From the NCBI GenBank assembly GCA_032718475.1, contig JAUCBJ010006979.1:1-37756 (forward strand): 37,756 nucleotides of DNA. The letters are read 5' to 3'. This document shows positions 1 to 10,943 of this stretch, in pieces; position 1 is the stretch's first letter; each line of letters opens with the position of its first letter. Below the pieces are notes generated by a model. That model was not told the DNA's origin. It did not search any database and saw only the letters and a program-made list of their open reading frames with translations. The position numbers were made by a program, and so were the translations under genes. The DNA is from Nemertoderma westbladi (lineage: Eukaryota > Animalia > Xenacoelomorpha).

Positions 1-1065
1 ATCGTAATGGTACGTATATGGACTTCTTAACTACCGGCCACCCTATCGATTTACACGATACGGACGATGTGGATACCGAAAGGGAAATGGTTTTATTTAA
101 ATATCATACCCAACGGAATCGGAACGATAAGCCAAGAATGGAACACGAGAATTCTATTCGAAATCAACTCGAAGGATAGAACGTGGAAGAAGGTTGATAC
201 AGACAAATAAAGGAGAACCACTGGAGAAGAGACATGGGTTAATGTCCAGGGTCCATAATGTGAATAGTTTTCCCCGGGGCACGGGTGCTCGCGGGCGGTC
301 TCCTTCGGGAGGCTGTAACTTTCTCTTCCTTCATCGTTTTCCTGTAATTATTGTGATCAGTGTCACAATTAAAAGGCAAGAATGAATGATGATGTGACGG
401 AAAACACATCCATTGTGGTATCTTATGGATACTATCGTATATCCTCCCTCCTCTCTACTCCTCTTACCCTCTTATACATTGTTACTAAAGATACGACATA
501 TTTCGTCCCACCTTCTCTTCCCAACGTGCTCGGAGCTTTGGGAGACGATCGACCAATTAGTGCCGTATCTTGGTATGGATCATACCTCCTCTTACTAAAC
601 CCCCACACTTTAAAAATCATCTGGATGCTCATATGGTGTCCGCACCTCCTGTCCATGTGCCATTCTGTTGATATTTATGATATCAACTTCCACCCTCTCG
701 TTGTTGATTAGATAATCAACCACCACTAGGGATTTCCTTTAAAGTCCACGACCGTGATTCAAGGACTGAAAAGATACGCGGCTAATCTGTGAACAACTGG
801 TACCATTGTGTGTCATAAATCTGGTTGTTCACCTCCCTCAATGATTGGAGATATAAATCTTATAATCTTATGTAGAACAACTGAGGCATTGAACTGGTTG
901 TTCCCTCATCGCACTGGGGATAAATTCAGTTGGAGATAGTCCTCGAATGTTACAATCCTCCTACTGAGATCGTATTTCTTAATATTTTAGAATGCGAAAT
1001 AGTTTTTTCCTCTGCTCTACCATCACTGTCACTGTCGGAAAACATATTGGGCATACAACAGGAAT

Positions 1066-2841
1066 ATGGAGAACATTCCCTACCCCTTCGTTGATACTCA
1101 GCTGATTGCTCCTTGGGCAGAAGGCCGAGGTTTCTTCCGCACTATGTATGCCAATACACCCAGCGACATTACTAAAGTACAACGGACATCCATCGGACAT
1201 CTTGCCTTTCAAGAATATGGATGGAATTTCAAAGTTGGAAATCCTATCAATTACCAGCAAGTATATGGAGATCATTACTCTCGTTTATATTTTGATGGAC
1301 CATTAACTGCGCCTGGTGCCGTATATAGCTTTATGAGTGTTCCACTTCGCCCTTCCTTAGCTATATACACGATCTTTGAAAACGCAGCACTTGCCGGTTG
1401 GCTAGCCGATGTGTGCAGTCGTACCATACGCGCTCACCCATTAATACTTGGAACTAAACTCGCCAAGTTAGACGAACACAATAAGTTCATACGTTTCGAA
1501 TGTTTCCGGCGCTTTCTGACTCCGTTCCGTAATGTCGATAGTCAGTTCAAGGACCGCGCGCTGACCAAACTCAGTCTGAGAGACTCAGCTGCGGAGAAAC
1601 TGAGTAGCGCTGGATTTGCCGTTTTTCAAGACGTTTGTATACAGAACTTACATTCATCTGTTATACAAAGACCCCGAATACCTACAGGTTATTCTGTCGT
1701 GGAAATACAGACAGTGGATCCACTTACTGAGACAGACGCACCCACTTCGTCTATACAGCTGGAAGATGAACCAGTATGCTTGGAATCAGAAGCGATTCAG
1801 CCTACAGCTTCCCGGAGCAGTGACAATGATTATGTCATAGAGTGGTATCAAGGTCCACAACGTCTCACAGCGTACGATTATCGACACGCCAACTACGTTT
1901 CTCGAAAACGTTGTCGATTATGCGCATCGAGAGACCACTTCACCCCTCTAGACTCGAGCGTACCTTGTTCCTATTTCCTCGAACAACCGATGATGGAAAT
2001 ATATTGTGCTTATTGCAGGCTTAATAACTCTCATATTTTTGCCGTCTGCCCACAATTTATGACTCAATGTCACTACTGTCAACTTAAAGGACATGAAAGT
2101 TACAATTGTCCCTTTAATCGCGATTTAGAGAGCGTAGACGAGATGATCACCCTGCGATACATCCGAGCTTGGGAAGCGAACGCGGATTTACATTGCGAAT
2201 CCCGACATCGCTATTACCCTGGACGAGCTTACGAGGGAGTTTACGCGTTCCATCCTTATCTATTCGCGTCGATTGAACAGAAAACACGCGTACCAAGTTA
2301 CGAGTTAATGAAGCGTGTTGGTGAGTGTATTTCCACCAAGTTTGTCAGAAAATACCTTAGAAACGTTAACCCTAATGATATAACCACATATCACCTGATC
2401 AATTTTATCCGTCAGGACCCTGAGTATGGCGACATCTTTGTGAACTCGCATCCTGAACTACAGGAAGTATCTCGGCGACCATATGAATATCGAACCCGAG
2501 AACGCGAGCTGGAGAGAACCATTAAACAGAGAAAGTTCCTCACCACTCACGGTCCACCCACCACTAGTGTCCAGACGACCCGTCAAGGACCCGTAGGAGC
2601 TGCTGTCCTGAGACGCGCTCTAAAGGCCGTTAGACCTCGCTCCACTGAGGTTGATATTAATCAACCAGGTACTTCGACCGGCGGGTATACCGATCGTAAC
2701 CCTACACCTTCTGATGCAATTGTATTGCACCCTTCGCCTAGGAGCTACAGCCCTCCTCGTAAAGTGGCTCGCCCCAAAGAGAAAAGGACTCTTGCTAGCC
2801 TCAAGAAACTGCGTAAACGCCGTCCGCGTAAGAAAGACTAA
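1066..2841 (+). CDS. Retrotransposon accessory protein, copy A: C-terminal part of a DEDDy-type 3'-5' exonuclease domain, triple CCHC zinc-knuckle module and basic NLS-like tail (5' part degenerate upstream of 1066)
   Basis: 591-aa ORF. FVDTQLIAPW..F.R...SIGHLAFQEYGWNFK..YQQVY...IYTIFE aligns by eye with CVDTQTLLAW..F.R...GIGYLAVLNGGIDFK..YNKIY...IYVVME of the 23181 ORF. Knuckles CRLC..H, CAYCRLNNSHIFAVC and CHYCQLKGHESYNC; ends KKLRKRRPRKKD. Confidence 0.75.
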   Translation: MENIPYPFVDTQLIAPWAEGRGFFRTMYANTPSDITKVQRTSIGHLAFQEYGWNFKVGNPINYQQVYGDHYSRLYFDGPLTAPGAVYSFMSVPLRPSLAIYTIFENAALAGWLADVCSRTIRAHPLILGTKLAKLDEHNKFIRFECFRRFLTPFRNVDSQFKDRALTKLSLRDSAAEKLSSAGFAVFQDVCIQNLHSSVIQRPRIPTGYSVVEIQTVDPLTETDAPTSSIQLEDEPVCLESEAIQPTASRSSDNDYVIEWYQGPQRLTAYDYRHANYVSRKRCRLCASRDHFTPLDSSVPCSYFLEQPMMEIYCAYCRLNNSHIFAVCPQFMTQCHYCQLKGHESYNCPFNRDLESVDEMITLRYIRAWEANADLHCESRHRYYPGRAYEGVYAFHPYLFASIEQKTRVPSYELMKRVGECISTKFVRKYLRNVNPNDITTYHLINFIRQDPEYGDIFVNSHPELQEVSRRPYEYRTRERELERTIKQRKFLTTHGPPTTSVQTTRQGPVGAAVLRRALKAVRPRSTEVDINQPGTSTGGYTDRNPTPSDAIVLHPSPRSYSPPRKVARPKEKRTLASLKKLRKRRPRKKD

Positions 2842-2865
2842 CTGTTTAGAGTATCTTTAGGTTTT

Positions 2866-3570
2866 AGAAACTGTGATTTTTATATTTTATAGACTGAAAT
2901 CCCATTTTCTGGGAGCGGTGTAAAAGCCTTTGCTGAATTGCCCCGTTATTTTTATTATTTTTACATTAAAATACTCTGTAGTTGATTTCATAGGTGTAAG
3001 AGACCGTATTATTGCTGTATCGGTGTTTTTTAGAGGATCTAAGAGCTATTTCCTCCGTATGTGTACTGTGGAAGGCATAGTTGATGATTCTATGGCAATT
3101 CCGTGACGCAAAAGGGGATAGATACTCTTGAACAGTAGTTACTATGACGACGGTTAACAGCTGATATTCATACGTGTCGATTTTCTTTGTTCTACGGCAT
3201 CTCTTAGTTCAGTCAGCCAATCAGAGCATTTTTATGGCTCTTGTACAGAAATTTCCTAGAAATCACGCAATGCATTATGGGCAGTGTTTACATTCTGTCC
3301 TGAGCCAGGAAAGAACGGCTTTGGAATATTTTGTGCTTTTCTGCTTTTAGCCTAACACTAGTAGGCTTAATTATAAGGACATATATCCGTTATCTCACTG
3401 ACTTAATATCTCACTGGTTATCTCACTGCATTTATCTTACTTAACATTACTGCTTTGCTGTCGGTTATTCATTATATTTGTTGATGAATTATTATATTTG
3501 GAATAACGATAAATAACCCCGAAAACCCAATATTCTTGATATACAGAAGGTAAGAGAGAGACAGGTTACA
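2866..3570 (+). mobile_element. Probable 3' end of a second BEL/Pao-like element: stem-loop (2866-2910), PPT-like GGGAGCGG (2911-2918) and candidate 3' LTR starting TGTAA at 2919
   Basis: Same layout as the complete element (accessory ORF, AT-rich spacer, stem-loop, purine tract, TG). The LTR end is uncertain (TTACA at 3570 or TTTACA near 3292) because the partner LTR is outside the window. Confidence 0.4.
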
Positions 3571-4117
3571 TATAACGATTGTGACTTATGTTAAAGTGGT
3601 TTGAAGTGAATCTAATGTTATTTGATAGACCCTACATAGTCGGTCTGTGTTCCTTTTATATGTGTGACTAAAATCAGTGAAGATCGGCAGATTAGTGTGC
3701 AGTATTGTGCAGCGTTGTGTATGAGCGAGACTGATAACGAAGCATTTCCTAAAGAATGCGCCATATATGTGAATTGTAACTAAGCCATATCGTTGTGAGT
3801 AGTTTAAGTCATAACTCTGTTTATATAGATAGAGCGCCACGTCCTAAAGGAACTGTTAATATTCCCCGAAGGTGAATAATATTGTCAGAGATTATATAAT
3901 ACTGTCAGTCGAATAATACATTAGGCTTACATAGCAATAAGATTAAGCTGTCGAAGTCAATCTCCCGGGTATATCCAGCGGGTGAATGATCGCGCACAGA
4001 TTGGTTTCAACTAGTGTAGTGAATCAAATACTTGTCAGAGGCTAAAAGCGATTTATTATCTAGAAGACATCCTAATTTGGCGGGTTAAACTGCCAAAGGT
4101 CTGAAAGCGCGAACATT

Positions 4118-4465
4118 GGTGCTAGCACCAAATTTTGAAAACCATCAAATATATCAATTGAGTGTGTCACCTTGTTTCTTGCGTTATACGGGTTTGTGAT
4201 GGTTCTGAATTCAATGGAATCAGTAAAAATTTCATACGAGTTCTCAAACTTGTATTTTTCGCCGGTGGGTGAAAATTGTTGTGCCAGCACCAAATTTTGG
4301 AAAATATGCAAATTGATAAGTAGATAGTATCACCTTGTTTCTTGCGTTATACTGGTTTATGAGGGTCCTGAATCCGATGGAATCAATAAAAACAGCACTG
4401 GACATCGCAAACTTATACTTTTTGGTGATGGGTACGAAATTAGGTGCTAGCACCAAAATTTGCCA
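4118..4465. repeat. Degenerate ~162-bp tandem repeat, about 2.2 copies
   Basis: GTGC(T/C)AGCACCAAA recurs near 4120, 4281 and 4444; CACCTTGTTTCTTGCGTTATAC occurs twice. Confidence 0.7.
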
Positions 4466-5439
4466 AATTACGCCGAAAAATACAAGTAGCAATGATCTGG
4501 CATATTAGAAATGTATTCCATTAGAATCAGCGCCCTCGAAAACCTGAAAATGTGAATTTATAGCATCGTATAAGTGAATTACAAATTTTGTATTCTAAAT
4601 GAAAAGTGCTGGTTACTTGTTTTTTTCATTTTTTTCCTACGCAGAGAGGACTAAACAGCCATTTATAGTAATCATATCTTTTTTAATATTTTCCAATGTA
4701 TTTTGCACCCCAGAAAACCTGTATTGAAAAATAATTAGCCGAAAATGAAACTTTCAAATTTGGTGAAAATTGTGCACTACTGGTAATTTTGGTGCTGCAA
4801 TATAACCACCCAAGTACATTTTTTGAAAATTTTTTTTCGGTCGGATTCAGACAAGTGATACCTTAGACAAGAGTAGGTCGAAAAGATTTACCCCAACTAC
4901 ACCCAACTTTCATCCAACTACACCAAACTTCCACAAATTACAATATGTACAGTAAAAAACTCTGAACTTCTTCGAGGAATTGCTGAGATATGAGCTTTTA
5001 AAAGTTTCATGTACTGTATGTTGCCCCCACTGCTGAGCAATTATGAAAATAACAAACTAACGTTTTATATTTAATGCAGGTTGGTTCTAGAATAATTGAT
5101 GAATTTAGCAATAAATATACAAAGGAGAGACGCAGAGACTATTGACGAACGATCCAAGCTACAGTATAAAACTAAACTGGCGCTATGGGATTGTGGTGAA
5201 AATGAAAACGTTATTGATACACAGGAGGGTCACCGTCACAGCCTTAACGACGAAATCGCATTGGAAACTTCTGTTATGGGAATAGCAATGCAGATCATTC
5301 GTACAAAGTTAATGAACATAAGTTTTATATTATACAGTATGTTTAAAATGCAATTATAATAATGTAATTATCCTTTTATGTATCATAGAATACAAGAAAA
5401 AGAACTGTAACATTATTTTCAGCAGCTTTATTTTAATCT

Positions 5440-5700
5440 TGGGCCCATGTGAAGAATACCAGACTTTCTGCCGTTATATATCTTACTTTACAGTTGCCCC
5501 CATGTGAAGAATCCCAGGTTTTCATCAAAATCACAGGTTACAAAAGGGCTGAATCTAACCAAAACAATAAACGAAATTTAGCCGTATCAAAACGAAACGT
5601 ATCAAAAAGATAAATTAAAAAAAAATAAAAAATCTTCATATATAAAATTCCAATAAAATGTCGACCAAAAAGTGAAATCCTGGTATTATTCACATGGGCG
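5440..5700. mobile_element. Small MITE-like insertion in the left palindrome arm
   Basis: GCCCATGTGAAGAATACCAG ... CTGGTATTATTCACATGGGC inverted ends; the segment is absent from the right arm. Confidence 0.55.
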
Positions 5701-6559
5701 AACTTTATGGCCTTTATATTAATTAATTTTTAACGAAACAACAGCAATAATTTTAGAACATTTTACATTTTTGATAAACTAAAAGGGGATCTGGTAAGAT
5801 CTGTACAGGTCAAGGGAATTTCTGCAAAGAACTTATTATGATCTTCACATACAGGCAATGCCAGAATGGACAAGATCTCTACAGTATGAGAATCGATAAG
5901 ATCGTTATACATTACAGATCTTACAGTAGTAGAAATAATAATTCATCACACTAGGGTAGAGAATTGCAGACGTTGATCAACGTAATCATATAGACGCGGC
6001 TTGTGGTGCTCTAGTACATACAGTATAATATGTACAGTAGGATATGACAATATTCAGCTTATTTTATTACAAACAACGAAATGGGAGAAGTGTATTTAAT
6101 CTTTCAGACATTCCACCCATTCGAAAATCCTCATGTGATCAACATTGAGGTTTCCAAGCTAAATGCTCACATGTGAATGAATAATGTCACACCCTTTAGG
6201 TATGTTGCTACATAGTCGGATCCCAAGTGAGGTTTCTCATCGGGCTTTAATGTGGATCAGTTGGTGAAAATCTTCAAAAGTTACTTAAGAATGAATTTTT
6301 CATTACAGGCAGACAAGCGGACAGAACGACCGACTGGAGATGAAATTTTGCTCTATTTTTACTAATTGCAATTGTGCGCTAAAGCTCGCCCTGACTGCGT
6401 GACTCCGACCCACAGAAGACAAATCGCTCCAACCAACTACACTCAACTTTGACTCACTTTCACCCAACTACTCTCCACTTCCACCTAACTCTCACCCAAC
6501 TACACCCAACTACATATTGTTATTTTATTACAGAATAAACGTTATTTTCAAAATTTCGT

Positions 6560-8303
6560 GATCGAGGTTTTCTGCGCTTGTGGGGCGAGCCACGTAGTAA
6601 AGGTGAGCCTTAACGCACAATGATAATTAGTAAATACGTGAAAAAACAGACGGACGTGCGTCCGTCTGTCTGTAATGAAAAATTCCTTCGTAAATAACTT
6701 TTGAAGAATTTAATCATTTTCAACTAAATTTTGTATAGGCACAAAAGAGAAAAAAGTTCCAATATTTAGTTACGGGCATATACCTCTCGAACTTTTGCCT
6801 CCAGATCAAATCGAACTTGTTTCGAACTTGCTAAAGTTCGCGTGCTGCGTGACTCCCCACGAATGTGTAGTACGTAAAAACAAGTATTTTTTTTTAATTA
6901 TAGAGATAATTTAATTATAGTTCAGGCACTAAAAATTCCGATATTCAAGGGGAAATCTCCAGGGGAAATTCGACGCAAATAACAGCTGATTACTCTCAAA
7001 AATAAAACTATAACCTGTTCTATTGTGTTTAGTTTATTGTTTTGGTTAAAATAACGTGACACTGTAACCTGTTCCTTTCCCTAAATTGAGAATTTAACAT
7101 TGAGACGGGATATTACTTCGCCAAGGCGGGTTTTGCGTCCAGTCCCCCCCCCCCCCCTGTCTCAAAATTACTGCATCCATGATGAAACCCCACGTCGCCA
7201 AGTGATCCACATTAAACCCTGATGGGAAACCCCACTTGGAATCCGGGTATGTAGCAACACACCTAAAGGTTGTGACATATTCCCATGTGAGGATTTAGCG
7301 TGGAAACCTCATATTGATCACGAGGATTTCCGAATGGGTGGAATGTCTGAAAGATAAATACACTTAACCCATTTCGTTGTTTGTAATAAAATAAGCTGAA
7401 TATTGGCATATCCTACTGTTCATATACTGTATGTACTAGAGACCACAAGTCACGTCTATATGATTACGTTGATCAACGTACGCAATGCTATACGCAATAT
7501 GTAAAGATCTTGTCCATTCTGGTATCGCCTGTATGTGAAGATCATAATAAATTCTTTGCAGAATTTATCTTGATCTGTACAGATCCCATTTTAGTTTATC
7601 AAAAATGTAAAAAGTTCTAAAATTATTTCTGTTGTTTCTTTACAAATTAATTAATACAGTATAAAGGCCATAAAGTTTAAGATAAAGCTGCTGAAAATAA
7701 TGTTACAGTTTTTTCTTGTATTCTATGATACATAAAAGGATAATTACATTATTATAATTGCATTAAACATACTGTATATGTATAATATAGAACTTATGTC
7801 CATTAACTTTGTACGAATTATCTGCATTGCTATATTCCCACAGCAGAAGTTTCCAATGCGATTTTGTCGTTAAGGTTGTGACGGTGACCCTCCTGTGTAT
7901 CAATACCGTTTTCATTTTCACCGCAATCCCAAAGCGCCAGTTTAGTTTGTACTGTAGCTTAGTTTGGAGTTTTTATGCGTGGTATGTGTAGACATCTATA
8001 GGTATCTGGATCGTTCGTCAATAGTCTCTGCGTCTCTCCTTTGTATATTTATTGCTAAATTCATCAATTATTCTAGAACCAACCTGCAATAAAAATAAAA
8101 TGTTACACGTTACATCCCGTTACACTAACTACACACTACAAACACAACAAATTCCATCAAATTTCCACGAGCTGTTAATGAGATATTGACGATCAAAATT
8201 TGATCCAGGCAGAGAGAGGGACAATGCCAATTTGTCCATTCTAAACTGTAAGGTTCATTCACTTCGTGGCTCGCCCCTTAGTTATTGATTATGTTATTGT
8301 TGA
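6560..8303 (+). mobile_element. Helentron/DINE-1-like non-autonomous element (HINE-type)
   Basis: Sub-terminal inverted repeats GGGGCGAGCCACG (6582-6594) and CGTGGCTCGCCCC (8265-8277); GTCCGTCTGTCTGT microsatellite near the 5' end; the 3' 190 bp recurs at 37508-37701. Confidence 0.5.
6950..7140 (+). repeat. Dispersed repeat family, also at ~28005-28175 (+) and ~33095-33215 (-)
   Basis: Shared CCAGGGGAAA..GACGCAA.TAACAGCTGATTAC...CACTG.AACCTGTTCCTTTCCCTAAATTGA...CCAAGGCGGGTTTTGCGTC. Confidence 0.75.
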
Positions 8304-8744
8304 ATATGTTATGCTGCTATGCGGGATGTTATACAATCGTGATTTTGGTTGAAACATTAATTTTATGCCGTAGAGTGATTTTTTTCAATTTTAAACTTTA
8401 TATTTAATTTGGTTTATTCTAATAAAGTAATTTAATGACCTATTCGTTGTACAGCGGATGTGGACGTTAAATATTATAGAAGAAGATTAAAAAAGATTGT
8501 CTTGTTCCTTTTCATTGTTTAAATTAATTGACGGTGGAGTAAAATGCATCACGGTTTATTTCGGTATTATTATTTTGATTTAGACAGGATATATGTTGGC
8601 CTAACTAATTAAATAATTATTAGGAACAGATTATCATTGTTTGTTAACTTTGTTTACTATCATGTTGCAAATTTTGTTTATAAATGCTCAACATGTGCAA
8701 ATTACAGTATTAATATGGTTAGTGCTGGCTGGTAAAAAGTTTAG

Positions 8745-9285
8745 CTGACACTCAGATTTGTAATTGAGTACTTGAATTCGTTACTGGATATTTTGATATT
8801 CTCATGGCATTTGTTACTGGGTTCTTGGATTTGTTTCTGACAACTTAGATTTGTAACTGGGCAGTTGAATTTATTACCTGGAACTCAGATTTAAAAATGG
8901 GTGCTCTGATCTGTAACCAGTAACTACAAATCATAACCAGAGACATAAATTCGTAACTGGGTGCTCATCTTTGTAACCAAACACTGATTTTACGTGGGAA
9001 CACAGATTTGTAATCAGGTACCGAGATTCGTAACTGGGAACTCCCATTCGTAACCAACCAGGTTCTCAGATTCATTAATGGTAACTCAGATTCGAAAAAG
9101 AAAATGTCAGATTCACAACCATAAACTAAGATTTGTAACAAGGTGCTCCAATTTCATTTCATTTCATTGATCATTATCATAATTGTGAAAACAGATTCGT
9201 ACCAAGGTGCTTCGATTTGTAACCGAGAACACTAAATTGTTACAGGAATCTCAGATTTGTAACCAGAAAGAGATTTGTAACTTGG
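8745..9285. repeat. Degenerate ~21-bp minisatellite
   Basis: Recurrent CTCAGATT(T/C)GTAAC(T/C)GGG-like unit, roughly 20-25 copies. Confidence 0.85.
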
Positions 9286-9393
9286 TAACGGCAACCAATT
9301 GACAGTTTTTATGAAATAAAATGTCAGTTCCTTATCGGGCCGCTAGACCAGTCCCTAGACAACCTTTATTAATCATTATAACAAGAGTTGTAG

Positions 9394-10361
9394 TGTTCGC
9401 GGTATTTCAACTTTTCATAACGCGAGTTGAATACTTTTTGTATTTATTTAAAATGATTATTCCGATATCACTACTGGGTGCGGGACCATGGGTTTTGGGC
9501 ACATTCTATGAACTGGGGGCGATTTATGGGCGAACATTGGGGCAACTTACAGGGTATGGGAATAATTTCATATTTATAAGGGCCAGGGGTGGGAGGCAAA
9601 GTTAAGCAGTATTCAGGTTAGCCTGAGTACTATTAGGCCCTGGCCAACTTCCTGCTGCCTGTAGAGGTGGATTTGGTAACGTGCCAGGCCTAAAGGACAA
9701 GGACTGCCCTTAGCGGCCCCTGGCCAACAGCAGTTATTACGAGCCTGAAAAGGACATCGGAACGCCGGCTGCTTGTGCCAGGGATTTGCGACGGGAAACG
9801 ACAGCCCCCTTAGCTAAGCCGTACTGGTTCTCGATGATCGAACCCTTCGGGGTTCGGGAGGGGTGGGACGGATACGCGAATGGGTCCACTGACACGACAG
9901 ACTCCGAGCCAAGCCATACTGGTTCTCAATGATCGATCCCTTCGGGGTTCGGGAGGGGTGGAACGGACATGCGACAGGGTCGACCGACACCGACACTACG
10001 GCACTAAGACCAGGACCGAGGGAAAATCTGGGGAACATTAGGTAGGCTAAAATCTGAGCGAACAGTGGGTAATTAAATAATATACTGTAGGGATTTATAT
10101 TGTCGTGTATAATTATTGTGAATATTTGGTGTATATTGATTTGGGGAAGCCCAATTAATTATCAATCAGGATTCAACAGTAGGAAGTTACATTAAAGAGT
10201 ATATCCAACCAATGCAATTTTTCCTCAACCGCAATCCTGCATTCAAGATATCATTCCTTCTCCACAATCAATATCCGGTGACTGGCCGGGACTCTGTGGT
10301 CTGTAAAGTCACGTCTCCAGCATCGGCGTTTTCCCCCCTGGTGTTTGGGATAACGGCAACA
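9394..10361 (+). repeat. 5' LTR of BEL element (968 bp, 2 hairpin-repeat units)
   Basis: Near-identical to 25966-27457 apart from two internal deletions of 428 and 95 bp. Confidence 0.97.
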
Positions 10362-10434
10362 AAATTGAAAATTAAACGCGGCCAACTTCAACTGGTGGAA
10401 GTTGGGAATTCTACAATACTCTTCAAACAAAAGA

Positions 10435-10607
10435 AATTTCGCACTGTTGTGTCCCTAGGCAAGACACCTTAGACATTAGTGCCTACGCCAACCCAGCGGT
10501 ATAATGGGAACCTGGCTTTGCTGGGGTAATGATAATAAAAGCGCTTTGAGTATGCTGGGCGTAGAAAAGCGCTATATAAATAACCAATATTATTATTATT
10601 ATTATTA
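10435..10607 (+). mobile_element. 5'-truncated SINE (Nin/Deu-type central domain, L2-like 3' tail) inserted in the BEL leader
   Basis: GTTGTGTCCCTAGGCAAGACAC and ACCCAGCGGTATAATGGGAACC core motifs; AAAGCGCTTTGAG...GAAAAGCGCTATATAAAT stem-loop tail; (TAT)n end. Confidence 0.75.
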
Positions 10608-10751
10608 AACTCTCTCTGTGCTTACCCAGCACCCACTACGAGGAAACTCTGGTATTTGAGTTAAGACAAAGTCGTGGTTTAATTAATCAACAAACTCGAT
10701 CTAACCAACTCGTAGTCGGCAGATCACATATTGGAGAGTTGTTAACAGGGA

Positions 10752-10943
10752 ATGGAAGTATCGATCACACCCATTGATATCATCCAAGTTGAGCCAGGAA
10801 TCTGGCACGTTGAAGTGGAAGTACAAGGAACGAACGTCGGACGATTCAGGATTACCGTTCGGGTGGTCCAGGCTGAGTACGATACCTACGAGGAACTATT
10901 CTACGACATCGCATATCTAGCTATCAACGAGGCATTGGAATGA
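10752..10943 (+). CDS. Small 63-aa upstream ORF overlapping the gag start (ATGA)
   Basis: ATG-initiated; alternating hydrophobic beta-strand pattern followed by an acidic helix; stop overlaps the gag ATG by 4 nt. Confidence 0.4.
   Translation: MEVSITPIDIIQVEPGIWHVEVEVQGTNVGRFRITVRVVQAEYDTYEELFYDIAYLAINEALE

Larger units (their letters stand above)
5058..8105. repeat. ~3-kb imperfect inverted repeat formed by two head-to-head copies of one non-autonomous element
   Basis: Reverse-complement matches: 5058-5440 with 7680-8105; 5700-5830 with 7550-7680; 5960-6260 with 7190-7490; 6270-6400 with 6585-6710. Confidence 0.9.

Noticed and set aside
1-1065. N-terminal exonuclease half of copy A
   Set aside because: Only faint similarity (e.g. 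PPTEIVFL near 955 versus LPPEVQKIL) over several broken frames; cannot be delimited by eye.
4072-7991. Short ORFs at 4072, 4244, 5096 and 7809
   Set aside because: Lie within non-coding tandem or inverted repeats and are not preserved between repeat copies.
9321-10472. Short ORFs in or across the LTRs (also 26523-27619) and antisense ORFs over gag/pol
   Set aside because: Arise from GC-rich repeats or shadow frames; no domain motifs.
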